DNA of 64,000 nucleotides, taken from Paraspadella gotoi. Taxonomy: Eukaryota > Animalia > Chaetognatha. The stretch's first letter is position 1, and every line of letters begins with the position of its first letter. The notes under the pieces are model-generated. The model saw only the letters and a program-made list of their open reading frames with translations, did not search any database and was not told where the DNA came from. The position numbers and the translations under genes are program-made. Below are positions 43,506 to 58,158 of this stretch, in pieces. The DNA lies in contig CM119266.1 in assembly GCA_051294375.1 (NCBI GenBank), positions 11,025,950 through 11,089,949 on the forward strand, given 5' to 3'.

Positions 43506-44445
43506 GGACACTCGACGACGCCATCTTTTGTTTTTGTTTTACGAGCTGCGCGCGACATTTTGAAAAGCCGTAAAAAATTTGGAAACAAGCGCCCGTCAAA
43601 AGTCGCGGGCACATAAACAGGGGAAAGTTTTACTCTTGGGGGGGAAATCTTCCTTTTATTTTCTCTTCTTTTTTCTTTCCTTCTTTCTTTTTTGCCCTTC
43701 TCCTAACGTTATCTCTTTTTTAGGACCATTTGCAAGTTAAATTATATAAATAGGTTATTAGATAGCTTATTAATGAATTATTTACGAATAAAATTAATCT
43801 AAACTGTAATATATATTCATATAAACAACGTCCCTCACGCCATCACGCCATCAGGCCATCGCGCAATCAGGCCACGTCATCTCTCTCTCGATCCTCTTCA
43901 ACGTCCACCCGGAGTCCCCCCCCCCGCGTCACGCGCGGATTTTTCGACGTCACGCTTCATTCGACGTCAACTCCCGGTCCGCGTCAATCCGGGTTGACGC
44001 GTCAAAAAGCCGCAGTTCGCGTCACGAAAGGCTCGACGCGTCGACGCCAAACGGAAGGATCGTTTATTTTCTCTCTCGACGTCTCGTCTCGACCCGCGTA
44101 TCTGGTCCTCGTCAGAGGGCGTCCGTCAAAGTTTAGGGAGGAATGGGGACGACGAAGATGACGACGACGACGACGACGATGGTAGCGACAGTGAGAAAAG
44201 ATAAGTGAAATTCCCAGGAGGAGGCGAGCGGCGACGTCCGAAAGATAGGGTCGCAGAGATGGGATCGTATAGATGGGGACTATGACATGGGGACAGGAAT
44301 ATTAAGGGTAAGATATAGGCTGGTTGCGGTGAATTCCTCTGGAACTATGGGCAATTGGGCATGTCTTAGTGTACAAAACAGTTTGATGTTAAATCTATTT
44401 GTAGTTTTACAACTTTTACGACGTCCACGCACTAATTTGGGAATT

Positions 44446-44476
<31 letters not shown>

Positions 44477-45019
44477 ATATAACAAAGTCTGTCCATAAAT
44501 ATGAGCAGTTTCGTTTTGTATATTATTCTTTAACCATCTCATTTAAAAAGCCTTAGAACACGATTAACAAATCTCGATGATTCAATCTTCCCTTCATCGC
44601 GTGTTAGGTACATCATTCGCCTCCCGAGTTTTATTCCGCGTGACTCCCACTCAATCCACCCGCCCCCCCTCTCCTCCCCTCCACCCCCCCTCTCTGTCGG
44701 AGAGCGAAAAATAAAAAGAATCTCTTCTTTCGCGCTTCTTCGTCTTCGATGCGCATCGCTAATGTAATTTCTTGTTCTTTTGTTTCCCAACGACGACGAC
44801 GACGACGACGACGACGGACGACCGACGACGGACGACACGACGCATGCGACGTGGGGTCGAGCGACGACGACGGCCAACGAGACGCACATCGCCTAAGATT
44901 GAATCCGATTTTTTTTTGCCCATAAAAACCTTCTGGATTCTCGTCTCTCTTCCTTCTCGTTCTCTCTTCTCTCATCTCTCCCTCTCTCCGCTCTTCCTCT
45001 ACTCTCTCTCTCTCCTCTC

Positions 45020-46670
<1,651 letters not shown>

Positions 46671-48067
46671 CCAGACATTCCGTGCCGGTCTTCTATTTGG
46701 GTCTTTCTATCTTTCGCTATATGTAGTCGAATATCTGATCCCTGGCGTAGTAGCGTTAATCTGAATTTTTACTTGCTCTCTTTAAATTTCTTCACTCCAA
46801 CTACCTTCGAGACCCTCAGCTCCCTCATAACTGGCTCTCCCGGTCCTGCCAAGTCCTATTTCACCGTTTCTATACATTAAATCCTTCGCTTACCAATCGC
46901 TTTGAACTGCATCTCCAAACAACGAGAGTGTCTTGAACCTTAAGTTCTTGCAATCCTGCCCACAACGGACAGCTTCAACATACATTAGCCACTTACAGCC
47001 TTGCTTCTCTATCATATCAGCCACACAGCCTGCTCCTTCGCTTTCTAACGCCAACCCACCGCCTGCTCTACGCTTTTTTTTCTCTTCCTCCTCCTCTTGC
47101 CGCCCCGCCCTGCCCCTCTCCTGCCATCCAAATTTCTATTTCGGTTGTTTTGGTCCGACCGCCACACATATCGCCACATCCGGCGTCGATGCGGCGCGTC
47201 CCGCCGCCGTCCCACCTCTGTTGCCGCCGCCCCGCCCCCCTGCGCCCGACCGCTTCCTCTGCCCGTTTAGCCAGACTGTCCGCTCACCAATGACCGTTCG
47301 GGCTTATTTCTCTGTTATTGCGCGAGATAGTGATTAGGAGGACGAGCATGTTTTTTTTTGCGGAGATAGAGATTTGAGCAGAGAGGGAGGAGGAGATGGT
47401 TATTGATGAAGTAGGGAGATGAGTAGATATGGCTGGAGAGAGAGAGAGATGGGAGAGGAAGAGAGTGGAAGATGAGAGAAGAGAGAAAGCATTCCATTTG
47501 ACGTTTGGTTCTTTCTTTTATTTCCCTTTTTTTTCCTTTTTCTTTATTTCCTAATAGTTACCGAATAAAATGACCAAGAAAAAAAAAAGGACGAGACTAC
47601 TGAGAAAATGTTTTCTCAGCACCGTAAGCAAACTATACACTGAGAACCGAAGAGAGAGAGAGATGAGGGGAGATGGAGAGGAGTAGGAGAGAGAGAGTGA
47701 ATGAGATGAGAGAAGAGAGTGGGAGAGATGAGATGATTGAGAGATGATAGAAGAGAGAGAAGCAATAAGTGAAATGTAATAAGCAGTCAAAGTTGGAGGG
47801 AAAGATTTAAGCCATCAATGAGGGGATTACAGGGCGGGAGAGGGAAAAGTGTGAGAGACGAGGCTGGGCCGGAATGGGCCGAGTGAAGAAAAATTACATT
47901 TTCGAGCGATAAGATTGAATTATTTTGCATGTTTTCTTTATTCCGCGCGCGAAATAACGGTTGGTCCAGTGAGTGCTGAAAATAAGAGAAGGAGAGAAGG
48001 GAATGAGAGAGAGAGAGGAGAAGAGAGAGAGAGAGAGAGAGAGAGAAGAGAGAGAGAGGAGAGAGAG

Positions 48068-48101
<34 letters not shown>

Positions 48102-48139
48102 TAACGACGACTTTGGAAGCCTGCCACTCCACTTCCTTC

Positions 48140-48228
48140 CTTCCGTCGTCTCCTAGCAACAAACAACATGGCGACATCAGCCGGCGACTTTGATTGGTGG
48201 AAATTCGGCGTCATCAAGACCGAGGGAT

Positions 48229-48260
<32 letters not shown>

Positions 48261-48500
48261 ATCGTTGCCGAGAGGGAATGAAGGGAGGGAGCGAATTGTG
48301 GTGGGAGGGAATGGAGAAAAGAGGGCGGGGGATATCAGTTGATAGGGGACAGACGGAAACACTGCGAAATGAAAGTAAATCAGCCGCTTATGGGGTTGGA
48401 TAAAAGCGGCGAAAGCTTTGGCGGGAAATGGCGGAAAATGGCGGCGAAAGCGGCGGCGTAAAATGGCGGGGAGAGCGGCTAATGCGGCGCTTGTGGTCTG
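48140..48500. promoter_or_regulatory. Promoter-like GC-rich segment: X-box, CAACATGGCG, ATTGG and three AAATGGCGG (YY1-type) motifs
   Basis: GTCTCCTAGCAAC at 48148-48160; caacatggcg at ~48164; tgattgg at ~48191; AAATGGCGG at 48426, 48436 and 48461. Confidence 0.35.
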
Positions 48501-49300
48501 GCGTCAACGAGGGCCGAAAGCGGATTAGTGGCGCCCGCGGTTTGAGACGAGAAACTCGATTCGATGAGAAACCAGAGGAATAACTTTAATTAGTTAGAAA
48601 TCTAGACGTCGTCGTCGTTATCGTCGTCGTCGTCGTCACAGGCGCTGTTCCCCCACTGGAATCCAGAAGCGTCGATAGATAAGGCTGTCATTTTGAACAA
48701 AATCCCTACCCTACCGCTGTCGTCGTCGTCGTTTTCGTCGTCGTTGTCGTCGTCATCGACGTCGTATCTTTTTTAAAATTTCAAAGATATTAAAAATTGT
48801 ATTTTTTTAAATTTCTTCATTTATCTCATAATTTCTTGAACAAACCAGCTATTTTTTTTATAAAAATGTTAATATTTTTTCGGTTGATTTATTTCATAAT
48901 TATATTTTACTTTCTTTTATATTCATTATAAATAATCACTCGGTCGTATACTCTCCGCGTTTCACCCAGTTTCCCAGTATCTCTTTCACTATCGGTCCAT
49001 CATTACTGAGCAATCATCATCAGTAGCAGTCTGTCAACGGTATCTCTCTCTCTTTCTCTCTCGCTACTCCGTCAACGTCAATCGAGTGAAAGATGGCGCA
49101 GTTTGTCCTCGAAGTCGACGATGACGACGACGGGGCAACAACAACGACAAAGCGGACGACGACGACGACGACGACGACGACGAAGAAGAATAATTTTGTC
49201 GTTTTCATTTTGTTGAGCGAGAAGAGCAAAGGTGAACGTCTCTCTCGTTCCTTCAACGTTCTTGTTTCCTTTCTCAAAGAGCTTTCACCTGACGCCGGCG

Positions 49301-49408
<108 letters not shown>

Positions 49409-50511
49409 CACATGGGGGGGATCGAGAGTTAGGAAAGAATCGGTTTTTGTGCAGAAACGAAAAAAAGAATAAATATTGCAAGATAAAAGGAAAAAGAGAA
49501 AAAAAAAAGCGCAAGAAAAGAAAATCTCAGAAATATTTTTTTTTTAGCTCCGTAAAAAAAAAGAAGAAAATCTGGCGAATTCACTTGCTTTATGCGCATG
49601 CGTGAAAGCCAGAAGTTTTTTTTTTCTCTTTTATTCAACTTTATTATTCTATCGCCCTATTCATTCTTTCTTTCTTTATTCCTTCTTTCTTTCTTCCTAT
49701 TACTTCCTTGATTTTTGCTTTGTTTTGTGTCCCTCTTAGTTTTAATGGGTAGAGGTTGTGGAAATAGAGGGAAAGGCTTCTAAGGTAATTTATATTAAAT
49801 AATCGTTACGATTGTAACGGGTTTTTGCGGAACAACAACAATTTAATGGATAATTTTTATATTCGTTGTACCAATTTCATCATTGACGCGAGGAAGAAAA
49901 TAAATGAGAAAAAAAGAAGAAGACTATTAAGGGAAAAGTATAAAACATTTCTGCGAAATTATTTATATTAAATAGAAGAAATTCGTGAGGACAATCGACA
50001 AATATTCACGACAACATAGTCAGTCGGTCGGTCGGTCTAGTTGCATTCATGTTGCTCGATCCCGAGACTTTTCGAAAAGAAGAACGACAGAGACGGAGAG
50101 GTGAGAGACAGAGACGAAAATCCCAGGGGAGAGGGGGAGAGGNNNNNNNNNNNNNNNNNNNNNNNNNNNNNNNNNNNNNNNNNNNNNNNNNNNNNNNNNN
50201 NNNNNNNNNNNNNNNNNNNNNNNNNNNNNNNNNNNNNNNNNNNNNNNNNNNNNNNNNNNNNNNNNNNNNNNNNNNNNNNNNNNNNNNNNNNNNNNNNNNN
50301 NNNNNNNNNNNNNNNNNNNNNNNNNNNNNNNNNNNNNNNNNNNNNNNNNNNNNNNNNNNNNNNNNNNNNNNNNNNNNNNNNNNNNNNNNNNNNNNNNNNN
50401 NNNNNNNNNNNNNNNNNNNNNNNNNNNNNNNNNNNNNNNNNNNNNNNNNNNNNNNNNNNNNNNNNNNNNNNNNNNNNNNNNNNNNNNNNNNNNNNNNNNN
50501 NNNNNNNNNNN

Positions 50512-50543
<32 letters not shown>

Positions 50544-51003
50544 GAGAACAAATGCAAAGGATCATGATACGGTTTTAATTTCAAATTGAAAAAAAATTGT
50601 AATACATACTTGCTATTACCAGTTTCATGGTTTCTCGATAATTGTTATCGTTTCATGACGTGAGCATTTATCTCTCTCATTTATTACTTTTATTATTACT
50701 GTTAAAAATACTAAAATCGAGTGCATTAATTACGTTTATCACTCATATACGTTTTATATTTAACGAATTTGAATAATTTAGCTCCTTAACATAATTTAGT
50801 TTCATAACGCAAAAAATGTCATTTTGTACCTTTCTCTCCGTCTTAATAAGAGAATAATATAAAAATATTTTTTATCGGTTCATGTTTTAAATTTTCTTTT
50901 CCTCTCGCCGTCTGTGACCATTATGACAGAAGCGGAAAATAATCAATGAAGAAAACAAAACGAAGACAAAAAAAAAAAGAAGAAAAACTAGAAGAAAAGA
51001 AAA

Positions 51004-51034
<31 letters not shown>

Positions 51035-51530
51035 ACAACCAGGTACTTCCTTTGTCTTTATTGGTTTCTTCCTTCGCATTCATAATTCATATTCGATCCT
51101 CGCCTCCCATCGCATCGATTCCTTTCCTTTCCTCCGGTTTCTTTTCTTTTCTTTCTTCTTCCTCCTCTTCCTCCCCATTCGTGGTTTTCCTCCACGTTAA
51201 AAATTAAAAAGAAATGGATAAAAATCCCTTTTCCTTTCTTCCTCGTTTCTAATTTTTTTTTCTGCCTGCGCTCTCTCCCTTTTTCTCTCTCTTTCTCGTT
51301 ATTTTCACTTCACTCACTCACTATCTCTCTCTCTCTCTCTCTCTCTCTCNNNNNNNNNNNNNNNNNNNNNNNNNNNNNNNNNNNNNNNNNNNNNNNNNNN
51401 NNNNNNNNNNNNNNNNNNNNNNNNNNNNNNNNNNNNNNNNNNNNNNNNNNNNNNNNNNNNNNNNNNNNNNNNNNNNNNNNNNNNNNNNNNNNNNNNNNNN
51501 NNNNNNNNNNNNNNNNNNNNNNNNNNNNNN

Positions 51531-51568
<38 letters not shown>

Positions 51569-52484
51569 GATGCCAGTCAGACTTGGTGAAAGTGGAGAAG
51601 AAAAGAAAACAGAGAAACGAGTAACGGGAAACAAAAAAACAATTTCCATGTTATTTCCGACCGGATTTTGAAATGCATGGTCGAGCGTGGAATCCAAACG
51701 CCAGCGTAACACGTTAACCCCTTTGGGGACTTTCTTGCAGGTGGGGAGAGGGACGGGGTGAGGGGAAAGTGGGGTTTAAGAAGGTGAGGGCGAGAGGAAA
51801 GGGTTCGATATTGAAACTCAAGGGCAAAGCAGGAGTGGGTAAGGACCGCAGTTCTGCGAGTAAGTCGTCAGGGTCTGGAAATCGGGCAGTTCAGGACTTC
51901 CGAGTAAGTGAACAGAGGTGAAAGAATTAATGAAACTTGGAAAGTGAATATTTAAAAAAAAAAATTAAACGATCGAGAGATGGAACAAAAGAGATCAGAC
52001 TTGACGAGGTGTTGATGTGTCAGGGGATAATGTGATATGGAAAGGGGTAAAGTAGGATGTTGGTTCGGAAGGTTGCTTAGTGACGAAACACAACTCCGTG
52101 AATAAAATCGATGACGGTTTGTATCGGAAAAAAGAAACGTGTACGAGCTCGGCACGGGTTGGGGGCGGGTGTAAGAGATCATTATTTAATATGATCTTTA
52201 ATGAGATTAATTGTATCTGTGTTGGGCCGCGCGGTTCCCCTTCGCGTTTTGGATCGCAAAATGCAAGCTTCTTCCCTGCGGTCCTGGATTGGCGGGCCTG
52301 GACCAATCACCGTCGAGAATTGGGAGAAGATAATTGTATCTTTTTTACCGCGGTTTCCGTGCCCAGTCATTGAGGAAACGCGTTGGTCGTAGCCTTATTG
52401 AGTCGCATATGATCTTGTTTACTAGACGGCCAACCGTTTTCAAACCCAGTAGAGGTTATATTTTACTTGCGACGCACGAATTTT

Positions 52485-52540
52485 TAACTTGTTTTTAATC
52501 TGTTTTTAATCTGTTTTTAACTTGTTTTTAATCGGTTTTA
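52485..52540 (+). repeat. 11-bp tandem repeat (gtttttaatct/gtttttaactt), about 5 copies
   Basis: Seen directly. Confidence 0.8.
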
Positions 52541-53438
52541 ATACGTTGATTTCGTGCCTTTTATTTGATATTAATATACGTTTTTAACCTCACTAACATT
52601 CGAATTCCTGGCCGAGCAATTTAGGTTATTTTAGATACAAGATCAAACATTAATAAATCTGCGGAATTTGAAAACAAAATCCCTGACTGCTTCTCCTAAT
52701 TTCCAAGCTACCAAACCCTATCATAGAAAAAATATTAGATTTAGATTAGTTTAGATCAGCATTTAAATAATTAAATTTAACAAAAACCTATATATAGAAC
52801 ACTGAATAGGAGATGACCTTGAAATTACAGTGAGAAACGAAGAGAGAATTAACTCAAGGCTTAAATTTGAGGGGCTCGTGCTCTGATAAAGACAACCGAG
52901 AAGGACGCGACTGCACCATTCCCGCGCCACGTGACCTCAGAGAGAGAGAGAGACATAGAGAGAAAGAAAGAATGAGAGAAAGAGTGAGAGAAAGAGAGAG
53001 AGNNNNNNNNNNNNNNNNNNNNNNNNNNNNNNNNNNNNNNNNNNNNNNNNNNNNNNNNNNNNNNNNNNNNNNNNNNNNNNNNNNNNNNNNNNNNNNNNNN
53101 NNNNNNNNNNNNNNNNNNNNNNNNNNNNNNNNNNNNNNNNNNNNNNNNNNNNNNNNNNNNNNNNNNNNNNNNNNNNNNNNNNNNNNNNNNNNNNNNNNNN
53201 NNNNNNNNNNNNNNNNNNNNNNNNNNNNNNNNNNNNNNNNNNNNNNNNNNNCCGCCATGACACAATGACACCATGAAGATTATGCGCAGGAAAAACCGAT
53301 TTCCCCACAAAATCAAAACTGTCATGTTTTCGATATGGATACGAAAAGGAGCGAGAGAGAGAGGGAGCGAGAGCACGCGAGAGAGGGAGCGAGCAAGAAA
53401 ACGAACGAGAGCCCAAGTGCGACGGGGTGAAAAGGAAT

Positions 53439-53469
<31 letters not shown>

Positions 53470-53906
53470 TAACGCTTCGTTGAAATGAAAAAGGATGAAT
53501 ACGAATTCTTGATTTCCCATTTTCTTTCTTTTTTTTTCTTTTTCAGTATATTTTTGCAAAGCTTTGTTTCCATCACAAAAATATCGACGTTATTGTGGAT
53601 GCAGAGAGAAAATGGAAAATATGGAAACAAAAATATCGAACACTTTGTCTTTCTCTCTCTCTATCTTTTTTTTTACTCTCGCTATATCTTAGTCTCTCAC
53701 TCTCGGTGAAAATTATTATCAATATTGTTGCTAATGCATGAGCTCGATAATTCAACGCGCCCGACCGTGAACGAAAAATTAAAAAAAAAGGCCATAATTT
53801 AAAAAAAATCGCGAACCAGTCATCCATTAACCTTTGACTCTTTTTTATTTTTCTGCTTTTAATTCATTGGATTATTCATTAAATCCGGTTTTCACTCTTC
53901 TCTGCG

Positions 53907-53951
<45 letters not shown>

Positions 53952-54537
53952 TCAAAAACGCGATATCGATTCATAAATTACCTCAGTTTGAAAATTCATT
54001 TTCCCTAACCTCATTAAAATTTTATATTGAAGATTTTTTAGGATGAAAAAGAAATTTTTTTTCCCTCCAGCCTTGGACGAATAATTTTGTCATTAATTCG
54101 GTCCCGAGTTCCTTGAGGCTTCAGCGAAAATGAAAAAGACTGATAGATTCATTTATTGCTTCATTCATTCCTTTTTGCCTTTTCTTTTTTAAAGCCTTCT
54201 CAATTTATTCGTTCGTTGGCTCCTTCATCCATCAGTCCATCCTTTAGGCATCCGGGGCTTTTCATTCTCTTCATCATTTCAACCATCTCATTTCCTACTT
54301 TCATTATTTTCATCACTTCACGCGCAACAGCTTGACTTCACTTCACCATTTTACCTACAAATTATTTCTTTTTATCACTTTACATCGCAATTCACTTTTC
54401 ACGTTCATTCTTGTTAACACTTCAGTCAACCAACTCACTTTCATTCTATTCATCACTTCTCACACCCAATTCTCATTTTCCTTCATTTCATCACTTCAGT
54501 CAACTCACTTCCCTTATTCCCCCCACTTTCAACTCAC

Positions 54538-54663
54538 CTTTCCCTGCATGATGAATCTGATGGTCAGCATTTGCGGCTGATTGTCCCCTCCCGGAGACCC
54601 CTGCCCCGATTGGTTGTTTCCCCCTGGGGAGTGGGGGGCCTGTTGCGCCCCCTGGGTCGTCAT
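54538..54663 (-). CDS. PCBP: First (or early) coding exon of a poly(rC)-binding KH-domain protein (PCBP/hnRNP E/mub family); contains the start of KH1
   Basis: Minus strand reads ATG ACG ACC...=MTTQGAQQAPHSPGGNNQSGQGSPGGDNQPQMLTIRFIMQGK (42 codons), then a consensus donor AAG|GTGAGT. LTIRFIMQGK closely matches the KH1 start of PCBP family proteins as I recall them (vertebrate LTIRLLMHGK|EVGSIIGK; fly mub LTIRLIMQGKEVGSIIGK), and from memory vertebrate PCBP2/3 also have a phase-0 intron after this GK. The exon abuts an N-gap, so the true start could be further upstream. Confidence 0.8.
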
Positions 54664-55340
54664 GTNNNNNNNNNNNNNNNNNNNNNNNNNNNNNNNNNNN
54701 NNNNNNNNNNNNNNNNNNNNNNNNNNNNNNNNNNNNNNNNNNNNNNNNNNNNNNNNNNNNNNNNNNNNNNNNNNNNNNNNNNNNNNNNNNNNNNNNNNNN
54801 NNNNNNNNNNNNNNNNNNNNNNNNNNNNNNNNNNNNNNNNNNNNNNNNNNNNNNNNNNNNNNNNNNNNNNNNNNNNNNNNNNNNNNNNNNNNNNNNNNNN
54901 NNNNNNNNNNNNNNNNNNNNNNNNNNNNNNNNNNNNNNNNNNNNNNNNNNNNNNNNNNNNNNNNNNNNNNNNNNNNNNNNNNNNNNNNNNNNNNNNNNNN
55001 NNNNNNNNNNNNNNNNNNNNNNNNNNNNNNNNNNNNNNNNNNNNNNNNNNNNNNNNNNNNNNNNNNNNNNNNNNNNNNNNNNNNNNNNNNNNNNNNNNNN
55101 NNNNNNNNNNNNNNNNNNNNNNNNNNNNNNNNNNNNNNNNNNNNNNNNNNNNNNNNNNNNNNNNNNNNNNNNNNNNNNNNNNNNNNNNNNNNNNNNNNNN
55201 NNNNNNNNNNNNNNNNNNNNNNNNNNNNNNNNNNNNNNNNNNNNNNNNNNNNNNNNNNNNNNNNNNNNNNNNNNNNNNNNNNNNNNNNNNNNNNNNNNNN
55301 NNNNNNNNNNNNNNNNNNNNNNNNNNNNNNNNNNNNNNNN

Positions 55341-55600
55341 GCGGCTGGTGCTGGGGCTGCGGTTGGTGCGACGGCGACCGGAAGTCCTCCCGGTCGAGGA
55401 CGAAGGCGGCGGCTGCGGCGGCGGCGGCGGCGGCGCCGGGATCGACGGCGGCTGCGGCGGCGACGCTGGCGTCGAACGCGTTGACGCACGGGTTGGAAGG
55501 CGGCGGCAAGGCGTCGAGGAAGAACGGGGACGCTGAGGGAAAAATGGTGGTGGTTGGGTGAGCGGGCGAGAGCGGCGGAGGCGGCGGCGGTGGCAACGTG
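55341..55600 (-). other. GC-rich Pro/Ala-rich open frame upstream of the PCBP-like exon (5' UTR or N-terminal extension)
   Basis: Minus frame PPPPPPPLSPAHPTTTIFPSASPFFLDALPPPSNPCVNAFDASVAAAAAVDPGAAAAAAAAAAFVLDREDFRSPSHQPQPQHQP. No ATG is visible, and a 675-N gap separates it from the KH exon, so the frame link cannot be verified. Confidence 0.3.
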
Positions 55601-58062
55601 TGGATTTCTCTTTCGTGTTCTTTTGTTTAATTATTCGATCGTCGTTTATTCGGCGTCAGGCGGCGACGGCGGTGTCGGCGGCGGCGAGGATCGCCTACGC
55701 AAATTCGTCGTCAACGGTGGCGTCGTCGTCGTCGTGCGTTTCCGGGTTTCCTTATTTGGCAAAGCGCTTGTTACGTGCGGTTGTCTTTTGTTTATTTCTT
55801 TGCGCGCGCGTGTGTGTGAGTGAACGAATTCTCTTTTTTTTTTTTTTAGTGCGAAATTATTAAAACTAGGGGCGGGATCTCCTTGGATTTATAATTTTCG
55901 TTCTTTTTTTAATAGCGTTTTTAATATTCCCCTTTTTTCAGTGCAAAAGTTTTATTTTAAATTTTTTAATATATTTTGTAAAAAAATTACTTTTCGAAAT
56001 CCTCCGGAAGTTTGTTTATCTTGATTTTCTTTTTTAAAGTTCAAAACATCTCAATCTCTCCTTAGTTAATTATTCAAGNNNNNNNNNNNNNNNNNNNNNN
56101 NNNNNNNNNNNNNNNNNNNNNNNNNNNNNNNNNNNNNNNNNNNNNNNNNNNNNNNNNNNNNNNNNNNNNNNNNNNNNNNNNNNNNNNNNNNNNNNNNNNN
56201 NNNNNNNNNNNNNNNNNNNNNNNNNNNNNNNNNNNNNNNNNNNNNNNNNNNNNNNNNNNNNNNNNNNNNNNNNNNNNNNNNNNNNNNNNNNNNNNNNNNN
56301 NNNNNNNNNNNNNNNNNNNNNNNNNNNNNNNNNNNNNNNNNNNNNNNNNNNNNNNNNNNNNNNNNNNNNNNNNNNNNNNNNNNNNNNNNNNNNNNNNNNN
56401 NNNNNNNNNNNNNNNNNNNNNNNNNNNNNNNNNNNNNNNNNNNNNNNNNNNNNNNNNNNNNNNNNNNNNNNNNNNNNNNNNNNNNNNNNNNNNNNNNNNN
56501 NNNNNNNNNNNNNNNNNNNNNNNNNNGAAGATGCGCGCTGGCGAGGTGTGGGCGAGGGCGCGAAGTTCGCTGAGGCGGCGTCGGCAGCGGCGTCGGCAGC
56601 GGCGTCGGCAGCGGCGGTTCTAAAAACGAAGATTAAGTCCGTTTCACCAGAAGCTTTTGTCCGTCGGTTTGTCTGGAGAGAAAGAGAAAAGGGTTGTTTA
56701 AAATAAAACATTAGTCAACAATTAGTAAATTAAAAATAAAATTAAAAATATATAGCAACACTAACTATTATATTTCTATTTTAAAAAAAATGATTAAAAT
56801 AAAAATCTTTCTTTTTTTTCTTATCGGCCATCTTCCTTCCAAGACAACGACTACAACGACAAATTCGGAGAAAAACAAATCCGCAGCACTCTGCGGATTC
56901 GCTGCAGGAAAGTCAACAGCAGCGGGAGCAACATTTTCGACGGCTTCAGCTCAAAACAACAAACGACTTGCGCTAAACTGCAGCCGGGAGATGCAATCGT
57001 TGCTGCATCGACGACAGCTGTTCAAACATCTGCGGCCTGAAATGATATTAAATAATGGTTCAATTCACTATGGCGACATGGACGGCTCTCGCGACGACAG
57101 ATAAAGGCAACAGGATGAGTAAAGTAAAAGACAAAAGGACTAAAGCGGAAACTTTTTTATCTTTTAGCGAATTTTCGCTAGAAAATCTGAAATTTGTTCA
57201 GAAAAGCCGTTGGGATCGGAATGGGATTGATTTAGCCCGTGGGTTTTTAGGGTTTTGGCCAAAATTTGACTCGGGTTCGATCCAGGGTTCCGTCGGGGTT
57301 CCGTCGGGGTTCGAACCCGAGATGAAAAATTGGAATTTGATCTCCGCACATCGGTTACAGAAAACAAAATTTAAAAAAATTTTTTCGGGAAAAATTTGAG
57401 AAGAAAACTTCGAGAACGTGAAGATAAAGAAAAAATAAAAATATGAATTATAATTCAAGAAAGAGACTAAAAAGAAAAAAAAAGATTTAACATTAAGGCT
57501 CTANNNNNNNNNNAGGGAATGTTTTTAATGCCCGGGTTTAACGTGGCGCTGACGACGACGACGACGACGACGAAAATCCACTCGTTTTTTTATTTCTTTA
57601 AAACCGAAAATGGTATCGAAGCCTTTCATCAAAGAAATAGAATGAGAGTGAAAAGGAAGAAACTTAAAATCATTTTCCCCCCGTTTTCGTTCTTTCTTAT
57701 TCAGTGTGATAGATAAAGGTGGTTAGGGATATCTGGGTGACAAAAATAGAGGAAGACCTTAATAGGTTTTCTCGTATCTTTTATGTTTTTTCCCTATTTT
57801 TAGATTTTTATTTCAATTTCAAGGTCGTGTTTACATATTTGATACTTTAGTTAAAATACATTTATCGAGACGCTTGCTAATTTATACCATCGTTTGGTTT
57901 TTGAAATTATATACATGTAGCTTGCATCAGGATAAAAAAAAAGCGAGATACTAAATTCCCTCCCTCGGGCATAAAGACCAGAAAACGAATCGAGGGAGAA
58001 AGATCAAGAAAATTTTACTGGAAGATCTTAATCATCTCCTTCTTTTACTTATTTTTCAATTT

Positions 58063-58158
58063 CTACTTCTCCTTCTTCTTCTTCTTCTTCTTCTTCTTCT
58101 TCTTCTTCTTCTTCTTCTTCTTCTTCTTCTTCTTCTTCTTCTTCTTCTTCTTCTTCTT
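58063..58158 (+). repeat. (CTT)n microsatellite
   Basis: Seen directly. Confidence 0.97.

Noticed and set aside
57230-57320. tRNA gene
   Set aside because: B-box-like motifs are present but no acceptor or anticodon stems can be formed.
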